Assembly: GCA_963770615.1 (NCBI GenBank)
Contig: CAVYQJ010000032.1
Location: 2,202-66,201, forward strand
Length of the DNA stretch: 64,000 nt
DNA from: an uncultured Solirubrobacterales bacterium
Lineage (GTDB): Bacteria > Actinomycetota > Thermoleophilia > Solirubrobacterales > Solirubrobacteraceae
Direction: 5' to 3'
Both the position numbers and the translations under genes were made by a program. The first letter of the stretch is position 1, and the number at the start of each line of letters is the position of its first letter. This document shows, piece by piece, positions 56,301-64,000 of the stretch. Below the pieces are notes generated by a model that was given only the letters and a program-made list of their open reading frames with translations, searched no databases and was not told the DNA's origin.

Positions 56301-57055
56301 GTCGCGACGAAGCCACCGTCGATCGGAAGCGCGACGCCGGTGATGTAGGACGACTCGTCCGAGGCCAGGAACAGGACCGCCGCCGAGATCTCGTCGGGAC
56401 GACCGTCGCGGCCGAGCGGAATCCGCGCCTTCAACGCCTCGACCGCCGCGGGCGACGCGCTTTCGGTCATGCCCGTCACGACGAGGCCGGGGCAGATCGC
56501 GTTCACGCGGATGTTGTCCGGTCCGTACGAGACCGCGGCCCCTCGGGTCAACCCGAGAACGGCCGCTTTGCTCGCCTGGTACGGGATCGATCCGGAGAGG
56601 CCGACGAGCGCGGCGACCGACGCGATGTTGACGATCGAGCCCCCGCCATTTCTGGTCATGCCCGGGATGACGGCTCGCATACCCAGGAAAACGCCGCGTT
56701 GGTTGACGGCCGTCACCTTCGCCCACTCCGCGTCGTCCGCTTCGATGCCGACCGAGCGAACCTGGACGCCGGCGTTGTTGACCAGGATGGAGATCGGGCC
56801 GTGGGCCTGTTCCACAGCGGCGACGAGGTCGCGCCACGCGTCGGGATCGGTGACGTCGTGATCGTGGTAGGAGCTTCTCCCGCCGGCGTGTCGCAACTCG
56901 GCGGCGAGCCGCTCTCCGGCATCGGTCGCGATGTCGGCGACGGCGACGGTGGCGCCCTCGCGCGCGAGGAGCTGTGCGTGCGCTGCTCCCATGCCCTGGG
57001 CGGCTCCGGTGATCAGCGCGACCTTGCCGGCGACGCGGCCGTGGTCGTCGCTCAC
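56297..57055 (-). CDS. SDR family oxidoreductase (3-alpha,20-beta-HSD/cyclopentanol dehydrogenase-like)
   Basis: TGAAQGMG..HA, NNAG, YQASK, IRVNAICPG. Confidence 0.9.
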   Translation of the reverse strand: MSDDHGRVAGKVALITGAAQGMGAAHAQLLAREGATVAVADIATDAGERLAAELRHAGGRSSYHDHDVTDPDAWRDLVAAVEQAHGPISILVNNAGVQVRSVGIEADDAEWAKVTAVNQRGVFLGMRAVIPGMTRNGGGSIVNIASVAALVGLSGSIPYQASKAAVLGLTRGAAVSYGPDNIRVNAICPGLVVTGMTESASPAAVEALKARIPLGRDGRPDEISAAVLFLASDESSYITGVALPIDGGFVAT

Positions 57056-57112
57056 GATGGGACTTGCGCCCGCGCGGTCGCGTTCCTGTTCACGCCGTTT
57101 AGTGTACCATTC

Positions 57113-57128
57113 TAACTGAGTTCAGTTC
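57113..57128. promoter_or_regulatory. Operator TAACTGA-GT-TCAGTTC between divergent SDR and ADH
   Basis: 13/14 match to consensus; adjacent to TACCAT (+) and TACACT (-) -10-like hexamers at 57101-57110. Confidence 0.75.
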
Positions 57129-57169
57129 TGTTGATCGATCCTGGAGCGTCCGTCGTGAGCGCCACAACA

Positions 57170-58210
57170 ATGCGGGCCGTGCGTCTGACGCAATGGCAAT
57201 CGGACCCTGTCGTCTCCGACGTCCCGCGGCCGGAGCCGCGCGGATCGGAAGTGCTCGTCGAGGTCGGCGCAGCGGGACTGTGCCGATCGGACATTCACAT
57301 CATGAGCGCCCCGCCCGGCGCGTACCCCTACACGCTTCCGTTCACGCTCGGCCACGAGACCGCCGGACGGGTTGCCGTGCTCGGCCCGGGTGCGTCCGGC
57401 GTTGACGTGGGCGACGCCGTCGTCGTGTACAGCCGGTGGGGCTGCGGAACGTGTTGGCAGTGCGCCAACGGGCGCGACAACGCCTGCGCCCGCACGCAAT
57501 CCGGTCCTCACGGTGGAGGGCTCGGGCGCGACGGCGGGCTCGCGGAGTACCTCCTCGTCCCATCTGCGCATTACCTGGTGCCGGCACCGGGGCTCGATCC
57601 GGTCCCCGCCGCGCCGCTCACCGACGCCGCCCTTACCTCCTACCACGCGGCGAAGCTGTCGCTTGCCCAGCTGCGGCCCGGCAGCACGGCGCTCGTCCTG
57701 GGCGTGGGCGGGCTGGGGCACATGGCGGTCCAGGTCCTCAAGGCGATCAGTTCCGCGCGGATCGTCGCCGTCGATGTGCGCGACGCGGCGTTGGAGCTGG
57801 CGCGGACGGCCGGCGCCGACGCGGTCCTGCGGGCGGACGGCTTGACGCCGGACGACGTGCGCGCCGAGACCGGTCCCGACGGGGCGACCGTCGTGCTCGA
57901 CTTCGTCGGCAACAACGCGACGCTTGCGCTGGCCGCCGGATCGGTGGCCCAGGGTGGCGACCTGACGTTCGTCGGTCGTGGCGGCGGCGAGCTTCGCGTG
58001 GCGCCCGGCCTGATCCCTTACGAGTCAACGGTCCGGATGCCGACGTGGGGTACCGTGCCCGAGCTCGCCGAGGTAGTGGCGCTCGCCCGCTCCGGCGCGA
58101 TCCACTCCGAGGCGGAGGTGTACGGAATGGACGACGTTCTCAGCGCGTACGGAAAGCTTCGGCACGGCGACGTGCTCGGCCGAGCGGTCGTCGTCCCCGG
58201 TCGCGGTTAG
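57170..58210 (+). CDS. Zn-dependent NAD(P) alcohol dehydrogenase
   Basis: GLCRSD, GHE.AG, C..C..C...C structural Zn site, DAALTSY, GVGGLG. Confidence 0.92.
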   Translation: MRAVRLTQWQSDPVVSDVPRPEPRGSEVLVEVGAAGLCRSDIHIMSAPPGAYPYTLPFTLGHETAGRVAVLGPGASGVDVGDAVVVYSRWGCGTCWQCANGRDNACARTQSGPHGGGLGRDGGLAEYLLVPSAHYLVPAPGLDPVPAAPLTDAALTSYHAAKLSLAQLRPGSTALVLGVGGLGHMAVQVLKAISSARIVAVDVRDAALELARTAGADAVLRADGLTPDDVRAETGPDGATVVLDFVGNNATLALAAGSVAQGGDLTFVGRGGGELRVAPGLIPYESTVRMPTWGTVPELAEVVALARSGAIHSEAEVYGMDDVLSAYGKLRHGDVLGRAVVVPGRG

Positions 58211-58226
58211 GCGCCCGGCACGCGGA

Positions 58227-58256
58227 TTGAACTGACCTCACTTCACGTGATAGTGT
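58227..58256 (+). promoter_or_regulatory. Promoter with operator overlapping -35
   Basis: TTGAAC-N18-TAGTGT; GAACTGA-CC-TCACTTC at 58229-58244 (13/14). Confidence 0.7.
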
Positions 58257-58305
58257 CCGTCCGGTAGCGCCATTCGGCGGGACCGCGGAAGGAGAGTTGA
58301 GAGCG

Positions 58306-59142
58306 ATGGGACTCGTTGACGGGAAGGTCGCGCTGGTCACCGGCGCCGGCCGCGGACAGGGGCGCTCGCATGCGTTGCGGCTGGCGGCCGAGGGCGCGGA
58401 CGTGATCGCGGTCGACATCGCGGCGAACAGCGTCGAGACGATCTCTTACGCGTTGGCGAGCGAGGAGGATCTCGACTCGACCGTGAAGGAAATCGAGTCG
58501 ATGGATCGGCGGGCGGTCAAAGCCGTCGCCGACGTCCGGTCGCTGTCAGAGCTTCAGCAGGCCGCCGACACCGGCCTATCCGAGTTCGGGAAGATCGACA
58601 TCGTCTGCGCCAACGCCGGCATCGGCTCGTGGGCGGTCGCATGGGAGATGACCGCGCAGCAGTGGAAGGACATGATCGACATCAACCTGACGGGCGTCTT
58701 CAACACCGTCCGCGCGACGCTTCCCTCGATGGTCGAGCGCGGAGAGGGCGGGAGCATCGTGCTGACGAGCTCTACCGCCGGCCTGCGCGCCTACGCGAAC
58801 ACCGCGCACTACACGGCCGCCAAGCACGGCGTGATCGGGCTGATGAAGGTGCTCGCCCAGGAGGCCGGCCCCCACCGGATCCGCGTCAACGCCGTGTGCC
58901 CGACAACCGTCCGCACCCCGCTGGTCATCAACGACGCGACGTTCGAGCTGTTCGCTCCGCATCTCGAGAACCCCACCGAGGACGACGTGCGCGAGCCGTT
59001 CGAGTCGCTGAACATCCTTCCCGGGGTGGCCTGGGTCGAGCCCAGCGACGTGTCGGACGCCGTGTTATTCCTGTGCTCGGACGCCGCCAAGTTCATCACC
59101 GGGGTCGCGCTTCCGATCGACGCCGGCAACATCGTGAAGTAG
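58306..59142 (+). CDS. Mycofactocin-coupled SDR oxidoreductase (carveol dehydrogenase-like)
   Basis: TGAGRGQGRSHA.RLA.EGAD.IAVD, Y.LASEEDL insertion, CANAGI, HYTAAKHG, VCPT.V.TP. Confidence 0.85.
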   Translation: MGLVDGKVALVTGAGRGQGRSHALRLAAEGADVIAVDIAANSVETISYALASEEDLDSTVKEIESMDRRAVKAVADVRSLSELQQAADTGLSEFGKIDIVCANAGIGSWAVAWEMTAQQWKDMIDINLTGVFNTVRATLPSMVERGEGGSIVLTSSTAGLRAYANTAHYTAAKHGVIGLMKVLAQEAGPHRIRVNAVCPTTVRTPLVINDATFELFAPHLENPTEDDVREPFESLNILPGVAWVEPSDVSDAVLFLCSDAAKFITGVALPIDAGNIVK

Positions 59143-59165
59143 CCCGCAACATCGTGAAGTAGCCC
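59126..59165. repeat. Exact 20-bp tandem duplication spanning the SDR stop codon
   Basis: GCAACATCGTGAAGTAGCCC x2. Confidence 0.95.
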
Positions 59166-59181
59166 GGGGGCTGCGCGGACT

Positions 59182-59236
59182 GGGTCATAAGCGAGCACTC
59201 GACGCGACGCGCAGCTCGAGTGCTCGTTTGTGACCC
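59182..59236. terminator. Long hairpin between convergent genes
   Basis: 21-bp arms GGGTCATAAGCGAGCACTCGA / TCGAGTGCTCGTTTGTGACCC; both mismatches are G-U pairs on the + strand. Confidence 0.7.
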
Positions 59237-59358
59237 ATATTCGTGCGTGAATCGGCGTTCACGGCGAGGGGAGGTGCCGAGTGTCGGCTTATGACCCAGG
59301 GGTGTCGACTCTCGACCCGAGCAGGGTGTGTCGGCTCTTGCCCGCGGGGATGCCGGCC

Positions 59359-60507
59359 TCAGACCGTGAGCACGGTGCAGGCGCTCACGCCGGGGGCGCC
59401 GTAGACCTGCGTGAACCCGACCCGGCATTCCTTCGGGACCTGATGGTCGCCGGCCTCGCCCCGCAGCTGAAGCGCGATCTCGTGGACCTGCCGCAGGCCT
59501 GAGGCTCCGATCGGCTCGCCGCACGCGAGACAGCCGCCGTCGGTGTTGATCGGCAGCCGTCCGCCGATCTCGGTGGCGCCGCTCTGAATCAGCGTCTCCT
59601 GCTCGCCGTGCTCGCACAGTCCGGTCTCCGCGAGGTGCATGACCTCGGCCCCGGACTCCGTGTCCTGAATCTGTGCGACGTCGACGTCGCCGGGTCCGAT
59701 CCCGGCCTCCTCGAACGCGGCCGCGGCCGCCTCGGTCGTCGCCGATGGCCCCGACTCGATCGGGATCGATGGCGCGAACACCTCGAACGAGCCGAAGCGG
59801 CGAGTGCGGAACGCGACCGAGCGAAGGTACACCGGCGTGCGCGTCAGCTCTCGGATGCGATCGCCGCGGGCCAGCACGAGCGCCACCGCGCCCTCACCCG
59901 GCGAGCAGAACATGTACTGAGTCAGTGGGTTGTTGACCATCCGCGAGGACAGGATCTCGTCCTCGCTGAGCGGGGCTCGCCGCCACGCGTTCTCGTTGCG
60001 CGCGCCGTTGTCGAATGCCTTGGCTGCGACCTTGGCCAGGGTCGACTCGGAGATGCCGTGATCGGCCATGTAGCGCTGGATCTTCATCGCAAAGAACTGC
60101 GTGGTGAGCATCAGGCCGGTCTCGCCGTACCACGAGCCGATGCCCCAATCCTCGGGCAAAGGGTTGAATGCCCCCCGTGGGTGCTTGTCGAAGCCGACCA
60201 CGAGCGCGACCTCGGCCGCGCCGGAGACGAGCATCGCGTGAGCCGTCGTCAGCGCCGACCCGCCGGTGGCGCAGCCGTTCTTGACGTTGATGAACGGGAC
60301 GCCGGTCAACCCGAGCATCGAAACGGACGTGTCTGCATTGCCGGCGGCATCGGACCCGCCGGCGGCGAAGTCGATGTCCTTCCAGGCAATCCCAGCGCTC
60401 GCGAGCGCGCGACGGGCAGCGATCGCGCCCATCTCGAGTCCGGACACGCCGTCGTGGCGGCCGAACGTGTGGATGCCGAGGCCGACGATCGCGACGTCGT
60501 CGCTCAC
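59359..60507 (-). CDS. Thiolase-like protein (SCP2-thiolase superfamily) with non-canonical catalytic residues
   Basis: NVKNGCATG, CSPGEGA, AQIQDTESGAE, INTDGG..CGEPIGASG. Confidence 0.88.
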   Translation of the reverse strand: MSDDVAIVGLGIHTFGRHDGVSGLEMGAIAARRALASAGIAWKDIDFAAGGSDAAGNADTSVSMLGLTGVPFINVKNGCATGGSALTTAHAMLVSGAAEVALVVGFDKHPRGAFNPLPEDWGIGSWYGETGLMLTTQFFAMKIQRYMADHGISESTLAKVAAKAFDNGARNENAWRRAPLSEDEILSSRMVNNPLTQYMFCSPGEGAVALVLARGDRIRELTRTPVYLRSVAFRTRRFGSFEVFAPSIPIESGPSATTEAAAAAFEEAGIGPGDVDVAQIQDTESGAEVMHLAETGLCEHGEQETLIQSGATEIGGRLPINTDGGCLACGEPIGASGLRQVHEIALQLRGEAGDHQVPKECRVGFTQVYGAPGVSACTVLTV

Positions 60508-60944
60508 GGGTCAACCTCCTCCTGCGCGGGCCGGAACGCAAACGTGAGCTTGTCGCTCGCCCCGGGGACCGGGATCAGCGTCAACTCCATCTCCATCCCG
60601 ATTCGCAACCGCGCCGGATCGCTCTCGGTCAGCCGCGCCTCCACGCGGACCTCGCCCGGCAACTCGATGTAGCCGACGCCGTAGGGCTCGAACTCGGCCA
60701 CGCCGCCTTCGAGGTACGGTGGCGCCTTCGGCGCAAAGCACTGGATCGTCCACGTCCACAGCGCGCCGCGCGTGGCCAGCTCACGGGCGTGGACATCCTC
60801 GGAGGTACACCGCGGGCATGACCGCTGGCGCGGGAACGTCACCGTGCCGCACCGCTCACACTCCGAGCCGATCAGCCTGGGCTCGTCCTCGGTGCCCCCG
60901 ATCACATTCGGGTCGATCAGCTGTAGCTCGCGAGTGTCAGTCAT
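60504..60944 (-). CDS. DUF35/ChsH2-like Zn-ribbon OB-fold protein
   Basis: C..C...FP....CP.C, G.LWTWT, PYGVGYIELP, IGMEMEL; coupled to thiolase. Confidence 0.9.
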   Translation of the reverse strand: MTDTRELQLIDPNVIGGTEDEPRLIGSECERCGTVTFPRQRSCPRCTSEDVHARELATRGALWTWTIQCFAPKAPPYLEGGVAEFEPYGVGYIELPGEVRVEARLTESDPARLRIGMEMELTLIPVPGASDKLTFAFRPAQEEVDP

Positions 60945-61389
60945 CGGTCCGCGGGAACGCGAGCGCCTCGGTCCGCGGGAACGCGAGCGCGGAGGACCGC
61001 GCCACCATGTACCTGCGCATGCGTCCCGCCTGGTCTAGCTCCGCCACCGCGAGGAACGTGCCAATACGTTCGCCGTTGTCCCAGCGAGTCTCACCGAGAG
61101 CGAACTCGAGGTCACCGCTCACCCCAGTGTGCATCACATAGTGAGCCCACCCGCTTGTGTCACCCGCGTCGATGAACCCTCGCAATTCCTCACGCCCACC
61201 CAGGAACTGGCTGCTCTTGCGTGACTCGTCCGCAGCCCACTGGATCGAGAACTCCAGATCATCGGCTACGAGCTCGAGGGAGCTGTGTGGATCGGGGCCG
61301 TCGAGCAGTTCGAAGTACCGCTCGAAGAACGTCTTCGTACCCGCTTCGCTCGATGGCGGCACGGTTGGCCTTGCTTGACCTGAAGTCAT
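60937..61389 (-). CDS. SnoaL/NTF2-like protein
   Basis: FFERYFELLD, LVADD, GREELRGF; C-terminal ALAFPRT duplicated. Confidence 0.6.
   Translation of the reverse strand: MTSGQARPTVPPSSEAGTKTFFERYFELLDGPDPHSSLELVADDLEFSIQWAADESRKSSQFLGGREELRGFIDAGDTSGWAHYVMHTGVSGDLEFALGETRWDNGERIGTFLAVAELDQAGRMRRYMVARSSALAFPRTEALAFPRTDD
60944..60990. repeat. In-frame 24-bp tandem duplication at gene end
   Basis: TCGGTCCGCGGGAACGCGAGCGC x2, encoding ALAFPRT(E/D) twice. Confidence 0.92.
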
Positions 61390-61404
61390 TTCAACAAAAT
61401 CATA
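61377..61404 (-). promoter_or_regulatory. Internal promoter (-10 TATGAT) with operator over a probably leaderless start
   Basis: TT-GACCTGA-AG-TCATTTC-AA at 61375-61394 overlaps ATG 61389; TATGAT on - strand at 61399-61404. Confidence 0.65.
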
Positions 61405-61411
61405 CCCGACG

Positions 61412-62992
61412 CTAGGCGTTGACCGTCGGGCGTTCGAGAATCTGGGTCACCACGTCGCGCTTGACGACCTTCAGCGACGGCGTCCGGGGGAAGTCCTCGA
61501 ACACCTCGACGGACTCCGGCCAGGTGTATTTCGCAACTCCTTCTTGATCCAGGAACTGCTGCAGCTCCTCGAGCGTCGGCGCCGGCTTGCCCTCGACCGC
61601 GATGATCGCGGCACACGCGCGCTCGCCCAGTCGTTCGTCCGGGAGCGGCACGATCGCGACCTCGTGGACGTTCGGGTGGCGCAGAATCACGGGCTCGACT
61701 TCTGAAGGCACGATCGTGACGCCGCCGCGCCGGATGATGTCCTTGCTGCGGCCGACGTATACGAACTGGCCGTCTTCGTCGAGATAGCCGAGGTCGCCGG
61801 TCCGGTAGCCGCCCCACTCGGTGAGCGATTCGCGCGTCAAGTCGTCGTTCCCGAGGAAGCCGAGGAAGCGGCTCGGACCGTTGACGATGACCGAGCCGAC
61901 GGTGTTCGCCGGAACGGGCTCCCCGCTGTCATCGACGATCCGGATCTCGGTGCCGTCGTATGGGCGGCCCTCGGTCAGGTCGATCTTCGCTTCGGGGTCG
62001 TGAAGCCCGTGAGCGGCGTGTCCGGGCACCTCGGAGAGGCCGTAGTCGCCGAGCGGCGGAACTCCGAACGCCTCCCTCATCGCGACACGGCGCTCGCGCG
62101 TCAGCCCCGGCGCGGCGAGGACGCGCATCGACGGCAACTCGAGCCCGCTCTCCACCTTCGCGTCGATCAGGTCCGCCGAGTGCGTCGGCATCGACAGGAC
62201 GTACGTGCACTGATGCTCGTCGATCAGCCGCAGGGCATCCTCGGCTCGCCACCGGTTGACGAGCACGCCCGTGGCGCCGTTGAACAGGGGCGGGAAGTAA
62301 CCGAACACGAGGCCACCGACGAAGCCGAACTCGCACACGACGAGGTAGACGTCATCTCCGGTCAGCTCCCAACGCTTGCAGATGCCTTCGGTGGCGTAAC
62401 GCAGCGTGTTGTTCGAGTGCGAGATGCCCTTCGGGGTCGAAGTGGTCCCTGAGGAGTGCAGCACCATCGCCAGGTCGTCGGCGGCGCGCGGGACGTGCTC
62501 GCCGGGAGGGTCTGCGCCGGCCAGGCGGTCGACGAGGTCGGGCTCGATCGGGAGGAACAACGGAACCTGATCGGCGACCTGACGGCACTTGGCGAGCTCC
62601 TTGTCGCCGCCGAACCCGAGCAGTCCCTTGGCGCTCGTCTGCTCGATCAGCGCCGACAGCTGAGTCTCGTTGAACATCGGCGGGAGTGGCGCGATCACCA
62701 CGCCCCGGTGCATGCAGCCGAGCATCGCCACGGCGGCCTCGATCGAGTGGCGGCCGAGGAGGATCACGATGTCCCCGGGCTCGACGCCACCGTCGGCGAG
62801 CATGCTCGAAACGCCGGCGGCCGCCCGGCGGAGCTGATCGAACGTGAACACGCGGTCGTCGAGGATCAGCGCCGGCTTCTCCGGCGTCTCGGCCGCGCGA
62901 CTGGCGAAGTCGCTCCACAGGTCTCCCTCACGCCAGTACCCCTCTGCGTAGTAGCGATCGGCCTCGGGCTGGAACGTCAGGGTCGGCATCAA
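61412..62992 (-). CDS. AMP-binding acyl-CoA ligase (cyclohexanecarboxylate-CoA ligase-like)
   Basis: HSSGTTSTPKG, YGLSE, YRTGDLG, GRSKDII.RGG, PRTPSLK. Confidence 0.92.
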   Translation of the reverse strand: MMPTLTFQPEADRYYAEGYWREGDLWSDFASRAAETPEKPALILDDRVFTFDQLRRAAAGVSSMLADGGVEPGDIVILLGRHSIEAAVAMLGCMHRGVVIAPLPPMFNETQLSALIEQTSAKGLLGFGGDKELAKCRQVADQVPLFLPIEPDLVDRLAGADPPGEHVPRAADDLAMVLHSSGTTSTPKGISHSNNTLRYATEGICKRWELTGDDVYLVVCEFGFVGGLVFGYFPPLFNGATGVLVNRWRAEDALRLIDEHQCTYVLSMPTHSADLIDAKVESGLELPSMRVLAAPGLTRERRVAMREAFGVPPLGDYGLSEVPGHAAHGLHDPEAKIDLTEGRPYDGTEIRIVDDSGEPVPANTVGSVIVNGPSRFLGFLGNDDLTRESLTEWGGYRTGDLGYLDEDGQFVYVGRSKDIIRRGGVTIVPSEVEPVILRHPNVHEVAIVPLPDERLGERACAAIIAVEGKPAPTLEELQQFLDQEGVAKYTWPESVEVFEDFPRTPSLKVVKRDVVTQILERPTVNA

Positions 62993-63034
62993 CTTCCTCC
63001 GGTGTTCATGTTGTCGAATCGTGATCGGCGACGA

Positions 63035-63793
63035 TCACACACTTGCCATGCCACCGTCGACGCTCAGGACCGTCCCGGTGACGAAGCTGCTGCCCTGGCC
63101 GAGCAAGAACACGACGGCGTCGTCGAGCTCGCCGGTTCGACCGCCGCGCCCGAGTGGCGTCCGCGAGAGCAGAAAGTCGGGAAACTGCTCGGGGTCCTCG
63201 CCAAGGTCGTCTTTGTTCATCTCGGTGGCGAAGAAGCCCGGCGCGACCGCGTTCACGCGAATGCCATAACGGCCCCACTGGGACGCGAGCTCTCGCGTCA
63301 GGCCGATGATGCCCGCCTTCGAGGCAACGTAGGCCGCGTCCGGGATCTGACCGATCGAGCGCAGCCCCATGACCGACGCGACGTTGACGATCGATCGGCC
63401 GTGGCCGTTCCCGTTTCGCATCCGGTCCGCCGCCAGGCACGAGAGCGCGTACGGCGCGACGAGGTTGAGATCGAGCACGCGGGCGAACGTCTCCGCCGAG
63501 GTGCGAAGCGCAGGAGCTGTGGCAGCGGCGCCCGCGTTGTTGATGAGCCCGTCGAGCCGGCCGTACCGGTCCATGACGCCGTCGATCAGCCGCTGGCGAT
63601 CCGCCTCGTCCGTGACGTCGCAGGTGACGGGCTGGGCGCTCGGAATCTCCGTCGTGAGCGCGGCTAGGCGGTCGGTTCGCCGCGCGGCCAGCACGGGAAT
63701 GCCGCCGGCGTCGCCGACCGCCTTCGCGAGCTGGGCACCGAGTCCGGAGCTCGCTCCGGTGATGATCACGACATGTTCATCGAGCCGCTGCAT
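63035..63793 (-). CDS. SDR family oxidoreductase
   Basis: TGASSGLG, NNAG, YVASK, RVNAVAPGFF. Confidence 0.92.
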   Translation of the reverse strand: MQRLDEHVVIITGASSGLGAQLAKAVGDAGGIPVLAARRTDRLAALTTEIPSAQPVTCDVTDEADRQRLIDGVMDRYGRLDGLINNAGAAATAPALRTSAETFARVLDLNLVAPYALSCLAADRMRNGNGHGRSIVNVASVMGLRSIGQIPDAAYVASKAGIIGLTRELASQWGRYGIRVNAVAPGFFATEMNKDDLGEDPEQFPDFLLSRTPLGRGGRTGELDDAVVFLLGQGSSFVTGTVLSVDGGMASV

Positions 63794-63803
63794 TCGGTCC
63801 TTT

Positions 63804-63849
63804 AAGTTGAAGTCAGTTCAATTCTATCGAGGCGAGGACTGGAGCGCAA
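63804..63849 (-). promoter_or_regulatory. Promoter plus operator of the SDR-CoA ligase operon
   Basis: - strand TTGCGC(63844-49)-N17-TAGAAT(63821-26); operator AAGTTGA-AG-TCAGTTC at 63804-63819. Confidence 0.75.
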
Positions 63850-63956
63850 CCGCGCATCGCCAATAGACACAGGGGAACCGAGGGATTTGCGCCGATCGAC
63901 CGGTCGCGCCCGCACCCGCTGATAGAGTTGGGGTCACTTCAATGGAAAGAGGAACA

Positions 63957-64000
63957 GTGGCCAAGAACGCGCAAACCCGGGCGAAGCGGGAAGTAAAGCC
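63957..64000 (+). CDS. 5' end of a truncated divergent gene (possibly the island's regulator)
   Basis: AAAGAGGA SD plus GTG (MAKNAQTRAKREVK...); weak operator copy at 63925-63940; family cannot be seen. Confidence 0.4.
   Translation, partial: MAKNAQTRAKREVK

Noticed and set aside
48989-63793. Cholesterol/steroid (KstR) catabolic cluster
   Set aside because: No hsa, ksh, fadE or ech genes; operator differs from KstR and KstR2 boxes; importer is sugar-type rather than Mce4.
1-64000. IS elements, integrases, prophage, tRNA or rRNA
   Set aside because: No transposase, integrase or phage motifs and no tRNA/rRNA signatures seen by eye; a tRNAscan/Infernal run would be needed to exclude small RNAs fully.

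Overview
High-GC (roughly 70% by eye) actinobacterial chromosomal segment. Gene content and style suggest Thermoleophilia/Solirubrobacterales, which is an inference. I see no rRNA, tRNA, CRISPR array, transposase or phage gene. (1) 0-25 kb: mixed housekeeping and stress genes (EamA, YihY, hutF plus an M20 amidohydrolase, class I aldolase, oxidoreductases, STAS/MEDS-RsbW partner switch, MFS/TetR, USP/MarR, secreted phosphodiesterase). Two large intergenic gaps here carry copies of the same ~155-bp structured element. (2) 25-32 kb: coupled fabH-fabF-carboxyltransferase-thioester reductase operon, followed by a 76-aa double-CxxC protein coupled to a GAF kinase and a NarL-type regulator. (3) 32-49 kb: methylamine (N-methylglutamate pathway) locus with gmaS/glnT, mgsABC, an APC permease, a USP, a GAF-PucR regulator and a ureohydrolase. 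It also holds two cNMP-CBS-DUF294 nucleotidyltransferase paralogues (one intact, one lacking its catalytic residues) and a DEDDh nuclease, which I propose form an adenylylation writer/eraser for GmaS. (4) 49-64 kb: catabolic island of unknown substrate (flavoprotein, LLM, sugar-type ABC transporter, EthD, SDRs including a mycofactocin-type one, ADH, non-canonical thiolase plus DUF35, CoA ligase). Nearly every promoter in it carries the same palindrome, GAACTGA-N2-TCAGTTC. Five +1 frameshifts cluster in 51.2-53.0 kb and are probably sequence errors. Functional calls come from motif recognition by eye; no database searches were run.
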